56,466 bases of DNA from an uncultured Saprospiraceae bacterium (GTDB lineage: Bacteria; Bacteroidota; Bacteroidia; Bacteroidales; CAYLPA01): positions 1-56,466 of the forward strand of contig CAYLPA010000001.1 of the NCBI GenBank assembly GCA_964385385.1, written 5' to 3'. Position 1 is the stretch's first letter. Each line of letters starts with the position of its first letter. A program made the position numbers and the translations under genes. This document shows, piece by piece, positions 1 through 8,489 of the stretch. The notes below the pieces were generated by a model. That model saw only the letters and a program-made list of their open reading frames with translations. It was not told the origin of the DNA and made no database searches.

Positions 1-236
1 ATACTCCCTTTCCTTATAGCTTTGTTGACCATATTGATTTGGAAATCTTCAACCGTTGGGGACAAATTGTATTTACATCAATTGACCCTGACATAAATTG
101 GGACGGAAAAAATAAAAATAATGGCGATGATGTTAGTGATGGTGTTTATTTTTATGTGTGCGATGTGTATGAATATCGCCTTGAAGGTATTGTAAAACGT
201 ACTATAACAGGATATGTACATGTTTACAGAAAATAA
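1..236 (+). CDS. 3' end of a secreted protein carrying a T9SS type-B (gliding-motility/CHU_C-like) C-terminal sorting domain; the 5' end lies outside the window
   Basis: The frame of ORF 39..236 stays open back to base 3 (TPFPYSFVDHIDLEIFNRWGQIVF...). The IFNRWG..VF....W.G......V.DGVY.Y pattern is typical of type-B CTDs. Confidence 0.7.
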   Translation, partial: TPFPYSFVDHIDLEIFNRWGQIVFTSIDPDINWDGKNKNNGDDVSDGVYFYVCDVYEYRLEGIVKRTITGYVHVYRK

Positions 237-643
237 TCCTAATTTTTTGTTACACATATAAGAAATTCTATTGTTTAATTCCATGAATTACTAATGATTA
301 CAAGTGTTTTTTTAGATGGAAATGAATAAATGTTAGTTCATTTTATAATATAATATTATGTAAATTATTGTTAATCTGTTCGAATAAAAAGAGCAACTTG
401 TATTTTAGGTTTAATAAATTTGACATACAATATATTTCGTTTAAAATAGCAAACTCATCTGAATATTAAATAAGTATAAGAAGTCGTTATTTAGTCAGGA
501 TTTGATAAAAAAGTGATTTTCACATGTAATAATTAAAGAAAAATTTGTAATATTGAAATGATTTAAGAAAATTGTTTGAAGAATTTTGTAATTTTTTTGA
601 ATCAAAACTGAAAAATGAATTTTTATAACACACCTTTTTAATT

Positions 644-1681
644 ATGAAACAGATTAATGAAAAGCTTATTAGAGAATCTTTTAATGAAATGGTAAAATAC
701 CGTTCAGCATTAGTAAAACACCTTATTGTAGATGAAGACGAAGACGATGATGATGAAGTGGATTACAGAATATTGGGTGATTTAATTATTAAAAACTTTC
801 CTTGGCCAATAGGAGTTGAATTGAGAAGATTGTTCTCCGGTTCAATGCGTCAATTAGACCGCTTACGCTTAGACCAGATTTTTAAAACCATTGAACGAAC
901 TATGCAATTTGTAAGTTTTGTTATGGTTTCACAACTTTGGAAAGACACATCAAAAGAAAAAATCAAAGTTTCAGAAAGTTTTAGTAAAGATTTTGAAAGC
1001 AGATTTGCGATTCTTAGTTTAGGGAATTTCACTTGGATGATTAGAGCCATTGGCAAAATGTATGAAGAGCAAAATGTTGAATGGTTTATGTCTGAAATGA
1101 ATGAAAATTTTAATAAAAAATTCTATGCTGCATTAGACTTTTGGGTACCTGAAAGAAATGAAATAGGTCATTATCAAATTAATTTAACACAGGAAGAAAT
1201 TGAAAAACGTTGTGTAGAATACGAAGAGAAATTAACCTTCATACTTAAAACAATTGCTTTTATTACTAAATACAAACTTGTTTCAGTCAGGGAAATAAAA
1301 GTACACAATTCTAAAAATCATGATGCAACATTTAACCATGTTATTGATTTATTAAATAGCACTGATAGTGACTTTAAAGCTAAAGAAATTGAAGAAAGCA
1401 AGTTCACAGAAAGTAGAGCTGTATTACTTATGAAATCTATAAAAACTATTGAAGAATATTTGAATCTATCACCTTTAATAATTGACACAAATTCAGAAAT
1501 ACTTGACAATAAGGAGAAATTCGATATTAAGAAGGATATATTCATGTTTACAAAACATCGTTCAGGGCATTTAATGTACGTTGGTACAGAAGTTACTGAT
1601 AAATGTGACCTACGGACTTTAAGTAATTATGATTTGCTAGTTGAAGAGTACAATGAACTTATTGATGCTATTTGTAATTAA
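644..1681 (+). CDS. Hypothetical 345-aa protein with a HEPN-like R-x4-H motif (PERNEIGHY); candidate RNase effector
   Basis: Long ATG-started ORF with an acidic tract (DEDEDDDDE). The RNEIGH motif matches the RNxxxH form of HEPN active sites. No other family was recognised. Confidence 0.6.
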   Translation: MKQINEKLIRESFNEMVKYRSALVKHLIVDEDEDDDDEVDYRILGDLIIKNFPWPIGVELRRLFSGSMRQLDRLRLDQIFKTIERTMQFVSFVMVSQLWKDTSKEKIKVSESFSKDFESRFAILSLGNFTWMIRAIGKMYEEQNVEWFMSEMNENFNKKFYAALDFWVPERNEIGHYQINLTQEEIEKRCVEYEEKLTFILKTIAFITKYKLVSVREIKVHNSKNHDATFNHVIDLLNSTDSDFKAKEIEESKFTESRAVLLMKSIKTIEEYLNLSPLIIDTNSEILDNKEKFDIKKDIFMFTKHRSGHLMYVGTEVTDKCDLRTLSNYDLLVEEYNELIDAICN

Positions 1682-1696
1682 AAATAATTCTAATCT

Positions 1697-1813
1697 ATGA
1701 AAAGTCCATTCAAATTTTTAGATAGCTACACCAAACCTGCCTTTAATAAAATTTCGGCAGGCGAGGAAGATGAAAATATTTTATTTGGCAGAGATAAAGA
1801 AACCGAAGAATAA
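1697..1813 (+). pseudogene. Truncated 38-codon copy of the 5' end of the STAND NTPase gene at 3055..7170
   Basis: Translates to MKSPFKFLDSYTKPAFNKISAGEEDENILFGRDKETEE*, compared with MKSPFKFLDSYTKEDKNIFFGRDKETEELYQ at 3061. The DNA is clearly homologous except for a 30-nt insert containing the hairpin CCTGCC..GGCAGG. Confidence 0.75.
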
Positions 1814-1867
1814 AACAAAATGGACAAACCGTATAACCAACTATATGATTTGTCCAAAAAATAATTG

Positions 1868-1875
1868 TATCTTTG
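1868..1875 (+). promoter_or_regulatory. Bacteroidota -7 box (TATCTTTG) directly upstream of the DUF4143 ATPase gene
   Basis: Exact TAnnTTTG match ending 5 nt before the ATG at 1880, which implies a very short or absent leader. Confidence 0.4.
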
Positions 1876-1879
1876 AATT

Positions 1880-3055
1880 ATGATTAACAGAATTCTAACA
1901 CACAAACTGCTCTATTTTGCAGATTTATATCCTGTTGTAAGCGTAACAGGTCCAAGGCAGTCAGGAAAAACAACCTTGGTTAAACAAGCCTTTCCTAATT
2001 ACCAATATGTTACTCTCGAAGATATTGATACCAGAAATATTGCCTTGAATGACCCAAAAGGATTTCTTGAAAGTCATAAAAATGGTTTAGTTATTGACGA
2101 AATTCAACGCATTCCTGAACTATTTTCATACATACAAGGAATTGTTGATAAAACGAATAATTCCGGACAGTTTATAATTACAGGCTCCCAGAATTTTTTA
2201 TTAATGGAAAATATTTCACAAACATTAGCAGGCAGAATTGCTATTTTGAAATTATTGCCATTTAGTTTCGAAGAGTTAAATAAGAATAACTTACTGCCGG
2301 ACAAATATGAATTATTAATATTTAATGGCTTTTATCCTCGCTTATATGATAAACAAATTTCACCAACAGACTTTTATCCGTTTTATATTCAAACATACAT
2401 TGAACGAGATGTGAAGTTGCTAAGAAATATTACAAATCATAATTCTTTTATAAGGTTCATAAAAATGTGTGCAGGAAGAACAGGGCAATTATTAAATATT
2501 ACTGAATTAGCTAATTCTTGCGGTATTACCCAAATTACTACAAAATCATGGTTGTCAATTCTTGAAGCAAGTTATATAATTTATTTTTTTCGTCCACATT
2601 ATAAAAACTATAATAAAAGATTAACCAAAATGCCAAAATTGTATTTTTATGATACCGGATTAGTATGTTCTTTGTTAGGGATTAAAAATAAAGAACAATT
2701 AAAAACTCATTTTTTATTTGGAGCATTATTTGAGAATTTTATTATTAATGAATTCATTAAACACGCCTATAACAATGCAATTAATCCCGAATTATATTTT
2801 TGGAGAGACAAACACGGAAAAGAAATAGATTTAATTATTGAAACTTCTGATAAGCTTATTCCAATTGAAATAAAAGCAGGAAAAACTTTTTCTATTGATT
2901 ATTTTAAAAACCTGAAATATTGGAATAAAATATCAGGTAATACTTCTGAGAATGCTTATGTAATATATGGAGGAAGTGAAAGTCATAAAACAAAAGATGG
3001 TCAAATATATAGCTGGAAAAGCATACTGGATTTATTTAATTTATTAAACTCATAA
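1880..3055 (+). CDS. AAA-family ATP-binding protein (AAA_14 + DUF4143 type)
   Basis: Walker A GPRQSGKTT, Walker B LVIDEIQ, and the 391-aa length and C-terminal region typical of DUF4143 ATPases common in Bacteroidota. Confidence 0.85.
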   Translation: MINRILTHKLLYFADLYPVVSVTGPRQSGKTTLVKQAFPNYQYVTLEDIDTRNIALNDPKGFLESHKNGLVIDEIQRIPELFSYIQGIVDKTNNSGQFIITGSQNFLLMENISQTLAGRIAILKLLPFSFEELNKNNLLPDKYELLIFNGFYPRLYDKQISPTDFYPFYIQTYIERDVKLLRNITNHNSFIRFIKMCAGRTGQLLNITELANSCGITQITTKSWLSILEASYIIYFFRPHYKNYNKRLTKMPKLYFYDTGLVCSLLGIKNKEQLKTHFLFGALFENFIINEFIKHAYNNAINPELYFWRDKHGKEIDLIIETSDKLIPIEIKAGKTFSIDYFKNLKYWNKISGNTSENAYVIYGGSESHKTKDGQIYSWKSILDLFNLLNS

Positions 3056-6000
3056 TGTATATGAAAAGCCCATTCAAATTTCTCGACAGTTATACCAAAG
3101 AAGATAAAAACATATTTTTTGGAAGAGATAAAGAAACCGAAGAACTTTATCAAAAAGTTTTTGAGAGTAAAGTATTGTTGGTTTATGGAGTTTCCGGTAC
3201 TGGAAAATCATCGCTTATTCATTGTGGGCTTGCTAATAAATTTAATGAGAGTGACTGGTTACCAATTAATATTAGGCGTGGAGCAAACATTAATGTTAGT
3301 TTGGGAAGAGCTATTGAAAAAGAGATTACTTCGACTTCGTTTCGTAATGACAATAAGAAAGGACTTTCACTTAAAAAACTATTACGCAATCTTTATCTTG
3401 ATAATTTTAAACCAATCTACCTTATCTTCGACCAGTTTGAAGAACTATTTATTTTTGGCTCAAAACCCGAAAGGGAAGATTTTATTAAATCAGTAAAATC
3501 AATTGTTGATAGTGATTTAAATTGCAAATTTCTTTTTGTGATTCGTGAAGAATATCTTGCAGGAATAACTGAGTTTGAAAAGCAGTTGCCGCAAATAATG
3601 CTAAACCGTATCCGCATTGAGAAAATGGGCAGGACTAATGCTATTCAAGCGATTGAAGGTCCTTGCAAATTTGCTGATATTTCATTGGAAAATGGTTTTT
3701 CAGAAGCATTAATTGAAAAACTATCACCTGATAGTGCTGAAGTTGAGTTAACCTATTTGCAGGTTTATTTAGATAAGCTTTTTAAAGTATCAGATAGTGG
3801 TTTTACAAAAGATTTAATTGAATCATTTGGAGATGTAAAAGATTTGCTGGGTTCATTTTTGGATGAACAAATTGCTGAATTAGAATCACCTGACGAAGGA
3901 CTTACTATTTTAAAAGCTTTTGTCTCAACCAAAGGAACAAAACGACAAATCACAGAATCAGAAGTTACTGATTATGCACTTACGCTTGGCAAACAAATAG
4001 AATCAGAACAATTAAGAAGTTTAATTCAAAAGTTTATTGCATTAAGGATTTTACGTGATAAAGACGAAAACAACCGTTACGAATTACGCCATGATGCTCT
4101 GGCAGCCAAGATTTATGAAAAAATTACTCTTGTTGAAAAAGAGCTTTTAGAAGTAAGACAGTTTATTGAGCATGCTTATGAAAATTATAAAAGACGAAAA
4201 GTATTATTAAACAAAACTGATTTAAGCTATATCGCACCTTATGAAGATAAAATATACTTTGGAAAAAATTTACAGGAATTTCTGAATAAAAGCAAATATG
4301 AGGATGAAAAGGCAAAACGCCGAAAACGTATATTAATATCTACTGCAGCAATCATTTTGTTACTGATTTTTGCAGGATTTAGTTGGTGGGCATTGAATGA
4401 AAGAAGTAAGGCTCAGGATAAAGAAAAACTTGCAAATGAATTATATATTAAATCTCAAGCAAACAATTTTAATTTCCTTGCAATAGAAGTTTTAGAAACC
4501 AATCCAACAAAAGCATTAGGTATTGCTGAATATGCTTATTCTCTAGATTCTAATAATAAAAACATTTACCAAAACTTATTAAACATTTATTATAACTATC
4601 CAATATATAAAAGGATCATAAAGAGGCTTAATAATGAAATAAGCTCAGTATGTTTCTCCCCAGATGGAAAAACATTAATAACTGGTTCTTGGGATAATAC
4701 TGCCCGTTTATGGGATTTGAATGGAAATCTGTTGCAGATTTTTAAAGGGCATAAATATGAAATTACTTCAGTAAGTTTCTCACCTGATGGGAAAACAATA
4801 CTAACTGGTTCTTTGGATATGACTGCCCGCTTATGGGATTTGGATGGAAAACAATTGCAGGTATTTAAAGGGCATGAAGGCTCTATTCATTCAGTATGTT
4901 TTTCACCTGATGGAAAAAAATTACTAACTGGTTCTTTTGATAAGACTGCCCGTTTATGGAATTTGGATGGTAACCAATTGCAGGTATTTAAAGGACATGA
5001 AAGCATAATCGTATCCGTATGTTTTTCACCTGATGGAAAAACAATACTAACTGGTTCTTCAGATAAGACTGCCCGTTTATGGGATTTGGATGGAAAACAA
5101 TTGCAGGTATTTAAAGGGCATAAAAGCTCTATCAATTCCGTATGCTTTTCACCCAATGGAAAAACAATACTAACTGGTTCTAATGATAAAACTGCCCGTT
5201 TATGGGATTTGGATGGAAAACAATTGCAGGTATTTAAAGGGCATAAAAGCTTTATTCGTTCAGTATGTTTTTCACCTAATGGACAAACATTACTAACTGG
5301 TTCTTTTGATAATACTGCCCGTTTATGGGGTTTGGATGGAAACCAATTGCAGGTATTTAAAGGACATAAAATGAGAATTCATTCCGTTTGTTTTTCCCCT
5401 GATGGAAAAACATTACTAACTGGTTCTTGGAATAATGTCCATTTATGGGATATGGGTGGAAACCTATTGCAGGTATTTAAAGGGCATGAAAGCTCTATTC
5501 GTTCAGTATGTTTTTCACCTGATGGAAAAACATTACTAACAGGTTCTGATGATAAGACTGTCCGTTTATGGGATTTGGATGGAAAACAATTGCAGGTATT
5601 TAAAGGGCATGAAAGCGGTATTCATTCAGTATGTTTTTCACCTGATGGAAAAACATTAATAACTGGTTCTTGGGATAATACTGCCCGTTTATGGGATTTG
5701 GATGGAAACCAATTGCAGAGATTTAATATGCAAGAGATTTCATCAATGTGTTTTTCCCCTGATGGAAAAACATTACTAACTGGTTCTTGGGATAATACTT
5801 TAAATTTATGGGATTGGGATGGGAACCAATTGCAGGTATTTAAAGGACATGAAGGCAATATTATTTTAGTATGTTTTTCACCTGATGGAAAGACAATACT
5901 AACAGGTTCTGTTGATAAGACTGCCCGTTTATGGGATTTGGATGGGAACCAATTGCAGGTATTTAAAGGGCATGAAGATGATATTTACACAGTGTGTTTT

Positions 6001-7170
6001 CACACTGATGGAAAGACAATACTAACGGGTTCTCGGGATAAAACTGCCCGTTTATGGGATTTGGATGGAAACCAATTGCAGGTATTTAAAGGACATGAAG
6101 GCAGTATTAGTTCAGTATGTTTTTCCCCTGACGGGAAATCAATAATAACTGGTTCAAGTGATGATGACAAATTAATATTATGGGATTTAGAAGGGCATCA
6201 ATTGCAATTATTTGCAAATCTGGGCTTTTCTTCTAATATGATTGATTTTTCTCCTGATGGTAAAACTATCTTAATTGGTTTAGAAAATGGAACAGCACAA
6301 CTATGGAAATTAAAAACACCATATAATAAATTTAAACAAAAAGACAAATATCCGAAGTTAAGTATAACTGATAAATTGGAATATGGCATATATAATTTCA
6401 ATGATGTTAAAAAAACAGAAAACAAAAATGAACTATTTCAAGCAGCTATGTTTTATTTTGAAAACTATAACAGAGAACCAAAAAGAAATTATGATTATTT
6501 GAATAATGCAGAATTTATTTTCAATAAACTATACAATATAAGCAAAGACGTTAATTATTTAATACAATATCAAAAACTTATATTAATTAAATACCTACAA
6601 AAAGCTGATGAAAAGCTAATTGATAAATCAAAAAAAATACATAAAAAATTATTAGAATATTATGATATGAAATATTTATGGGAAATAATACGAGAGTATG
6701 ATTCTCTATTGGAAAAATATTCTGAAAATGTTAATATTTCTGAATTTAATTTTCATAAAAAACGTTTAGACATATATAAAAAAACACTAAATCATAAAGA
6801 TGCAACAAAAGAAACAAAAAAAACTATATCACTACGCTTATCAAAAGATTCATACAATTTATTATTAGATAAAAAATATGAAGAGGCAAAACAAGCAGCG
6901 TTATTAGCTAAGCAAGCAAATCCAAATAACACAATTCTATATACCAATTTAGCACTTGCTTACCTTTTAACTGATGATTGGCAAAAAGCAAAAGAAGTTT
7001 ATACAAATTGGAAGGATAGTACCTATATTAACAATAATAATCCGGAAAGAAAGTGCAGAGATGCTTTCTTAGAAGGTTTAAAAGAATTAGAAAGCGAAGG
7101 CATAACTCACCCAGATTTCTCCAAAGTCAGAGAATTGTTAAAAGAAGAAAAAACTGAAACCAATGAATAA
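3055..7170 (+). CDS. STAND (nSTAND/NACHT-like) P-loop NTPase, single TM helix, 14 WD40 repeats, C-terminal TPR-like region
   Basis: FFGRDKETEEL..LLVYGVSGTGKSS (Walker A) and IYLIFDQFEELF (Walker B-like DQFEE). TM helix ILISTAAIILLLIFAGFSWWAL. Fourteen repeats of about 41 aa of the form SVCFSPDGKT.LTGS.D.TARLWDL.G.QLQVFKGH. TPR-like tail. The true start may be the ATG at 3061, which matches the remnant copy. Confidence 0.9.
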   Translation: MYMKSPFKFLDSYTKEDKNIFFGRDKETEELYQKVFESKVLLVYGVSGTGKSSLIHCGLANKFNESDWLPINIRRGANINVSLGRAIEKEITSTSFRNDNKKGLSLKKLLRNLYLDNFKPIYLIFDQFEELFIFGSKPEREDFIKSVKSIVDSDLNCKFLFVIREEYLAGITEFEKQLPQIMLNRIRIEKMGRTNAIQAIEGPCKFADISLENGFSEALIEKLSPDSAEVELTYLQVYLDKLFKVSDSGFTKDLIESFGDVKDLLGSFLDEQIAELESPDEGLTILKAFVSTKGTKRQITESEVTDYALTLGKQIESEQLRSLIQKFIALRILRDKDENNRYELRHDALAAKIYEKITLVEKELLEVRQFIEHAYENYKRRKVLLNKTDLSYIAPYEDKIYFGKNLQEFLNKSKYEDEKAKRRKRILISTAAIILLLIFAGFSWWALNERSKAQDKEKLANELYIKSQANNFNFLAIEVLETNPTKALGIAEYAYSLDSNNKNIYQNLLNIYYNYPIYKRIIKRLNNEISSVCFSPDGKTLITGSWDNTARLWDLNGNLLQIFKGHKYEITSVSFSPDGKTILTGSLDMTARLWDLDGKQLQVFKGHEGSIHSVCFSPDGKKLLTGSFDKTARLWNLDGNQLQVFKGHESIIVSVCFSPDGKTILTGSSDKTARLWDLDGKQLQVFKGHKSSINSVCFSPNGKTILTGSNDKTARLWDLDGKQLQVFKGHKSFIRSVCFSPNGQTLLTGSFDNTARLWGLDGNQLQVFKGHKMRIHSVCFSPDGKTLLTGSWNNVHLWDMGGNLLQVFKGHESSIRSVCFSPDGKTLLTGSDDKTVRLWDLDGKQLQVFKGHESGIHSVCFSPDGKTLITGSWDNTARLWDLDGNQLQRFNMQEISSMCFSPDGKTLLTGSWDNTLNLWDWDGNQLQVFKGHEGNIILVCFSPDGKTILTGSVDKTARLWDLDGNQLQVFKGHEDDIYTVCFHTDGKTILTGSRDKTARLWDLDGNQLQVFKGHEGSISSVCFSPDGKSIITGSSDDDKLILWDLEGHQLQLFANLGFSSNMIDFSPDGKTILIGLENGTAQLWKLKTPYNKFKQKDKYPKLSITDKLEYGIYNFNDVKKTENKNELFQAAMFYFENYNREPKRNYDYLNNAEFIFNKLYNISKDVNYLIQYQKLILIKYLQKADEKLIDKSKKIHKKLLEYYDMKYLWEIIREYDSLLEKYSENVNISEFNFHKKRLDIYKKTLNHKDATKETKKTISLRLSKDSYNLLLDKKYEEAKQAALLAKQANPNNTILYTNLALAYLLTDDWQKAKEVYTNWKDSTYINNNNPERKCRDAFLEGLKELESEGITHPDFSKVRELLKEEKTETNE
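4639..6312 (+). repeat. Tandem 123-bp coding repeats (14 WD40 blades), highly homogenised at DNA level
   Basis: The core actgcccgtttatgggatttggatggaaa(a/c)caattgcaggtatttaaagg(g/a)cat recurs near-identically at 123-nt spacing (for example 5068 and 5191 are identical). Confidence 0.9.
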
Positions 7171-8482
7171 ACAAATTAAAATATCAAAAACAACTCCCGT
7201 AGAATCATTTTATATTATAGTCTGTGGTATGTTCAAATACGACACTAAGGCTATTAATCAGAAAGAGTTCTGGAGTTTATACACACACTGGCAAAATCGC
7301 ATAAACAAAGGAGATTATCAGGCAACCTTTAATTATTTCAATTCATCCTATTATGATGGTTACCTAAATAATGTCTTTCCGGAAATACGTCATGACAAAT
7401 CAAGAAGAGATGAATTGGACCCTAAATTCTTAAATCATCTGACAAACAAATCACTTATAAAAAACAGATTGGATATTGGCTTAATGATAAATTCTGAGAA
7501 AACTGTTTCTTGTTTTATTGAATTTGCTGACATTTATCTTTTTCCTCATGGTAATGGGATTTTTTCGATAAAATTGTCATTAGACGATGATAATCTAAAT
7601 TTAGGTAAAATATCAGATTTTATTAATAAAGTCAGACAATTAAATTCTATTGTGAAAATCGACAAAAAGGAAATTAAGCTAAAGGATTTTATTGACGATA
7701 TAATTTTCAAACCATTAAACTCAAAAGAAGATTGGACTTACTATAATCCAAAATTAAAGTCCTACAATATAATTGATGTAAAGAAGCAAATTTCAGAAGA
7801 TGAATTAAATTATTTGCTTTATGATATGGGGAATGTAGCCCCAATAGGTTCTGCTAAGGGTGATGGTGTTTATGCCCCATCTGACGAATATTTGAAAAAC
7901 CAAATGGAAAATAATAAGCTGTCTGTTTTTAAAAATTGGTCAGCAATTTCTTTGTTTGATACATTTACGAAAATAAGCTGGACATTTCCTGATACTGTGA
8001 AGAGCTGGGAGTATGATTATTTTCATATTTACATTCACTGTCTGCATTTAAAATTTTACATGTATCTTACTAACTCAAAAATTAGTGATGTTACTATTGT
8101 TACTAAAGAAACTGAAAATATAAGGGATGATTTCATTGAGTTTATTAACGATTATTATCAAACGCAAATTTCATATAAGTTTTTGCCTGATTTAATTCAG
8201 GATAAATTATTGTATGCATTGGAAATCCATTCTGAAATTCAAATGATGGAAACAAAAATTCAACGCATAAATGAACATGCTCAGGAAAAACGAGAACGAA
8301 ATATGAACTTCGTTTTAATGGTCATTACATTTTTAGGTGTTTTCTCTCTTATTCATGATTTGTCAAACTGGATAGTTAAAATGGGAAGTCCAATAGATGT
8401 TGTTTTTCCATGGATAAGTAGCGGAATTGGTGTTGCTATTATTACATCAATATTTATTTTATTTAAACTACGAAAGAAATAA
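7163..8482 (+). CDS. Hypothetical 439-aa protein with a soluble N-terminal region, a coiled-coil and a C-terminal 2-TM hairpin (CorA-like architecture); candidate membrane effector
   Basis: Its ATG overlaps the STAND stop (ATGAATAA). The C-terminus has two hydrophobic helices (FVLMVITFLGVFSLI and SGIGVAIITSIFILF) after EIHSEIQMMETKIQRINEHAQEKRERN. Confidence 0.75.
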   Translation: MNKQIKISKTTPVESFYIIVCGMFKYDTKAINQKEFWSLYTHWQNRINKGDYQATFNYFNSSYYDGYLNNVFPEIRHDKSRRDELDPKFLNHLTNKSLIKNRLDIGLMINSEKTVSCFIEFADIYLFPHGNGIFSIKLSLDDDNLNLGKISDFINKVRQLNSIVKIDKKEIKLKDFIDDIIFKPLNSKEDWTYYNPKLKSYNIIDVKKQISEDELNYLLYDMGNVAPIGSAKGDGVYAPSDEYLKNQMENNKLSVFKNWSAISLFDTFTKISWTFPDTVKSWEYDYFHIYIHCLHLKFYMYLTNSKISDVTIVTKETENIRDDFIEFINDYYQTQISYKFLPDLIQDKLLYALEIHSEIQMMETKIQRINEHAQEKRERNMNFVLMVITFLGVFSLIHDLSNWIVKMGSPIDVVFPWISSGIGVAIITSIFILFKLRKK

Positions 8483-8489
8483 TATCTAA

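Noticed and set aside
3119-3496. 125-aa alternative-frame ORF inside the STAND gene
   Set aside because: It is entirely embedded in the strongly supported NTPase reading frame, and its sequence has no recognisable features.
4887-5858. Antisense ORFs 4887..5156 and 5622..5858 (89 and 78 aa) with internally repetitive sequence
   Set aside because: They lie wholly antisense to the WD40 repeat array. Their periodic sequence is just the reverse-strand echo of the 123-bp coding repeats.
4639-6312. Regular 123-bp periodic repeats that could superficially suggest a CRISPR-like or satellite array
   Set aside because: The repeats are contiguous with no spacers, in frame within one long ORF, and encode canonical WD40 blades.
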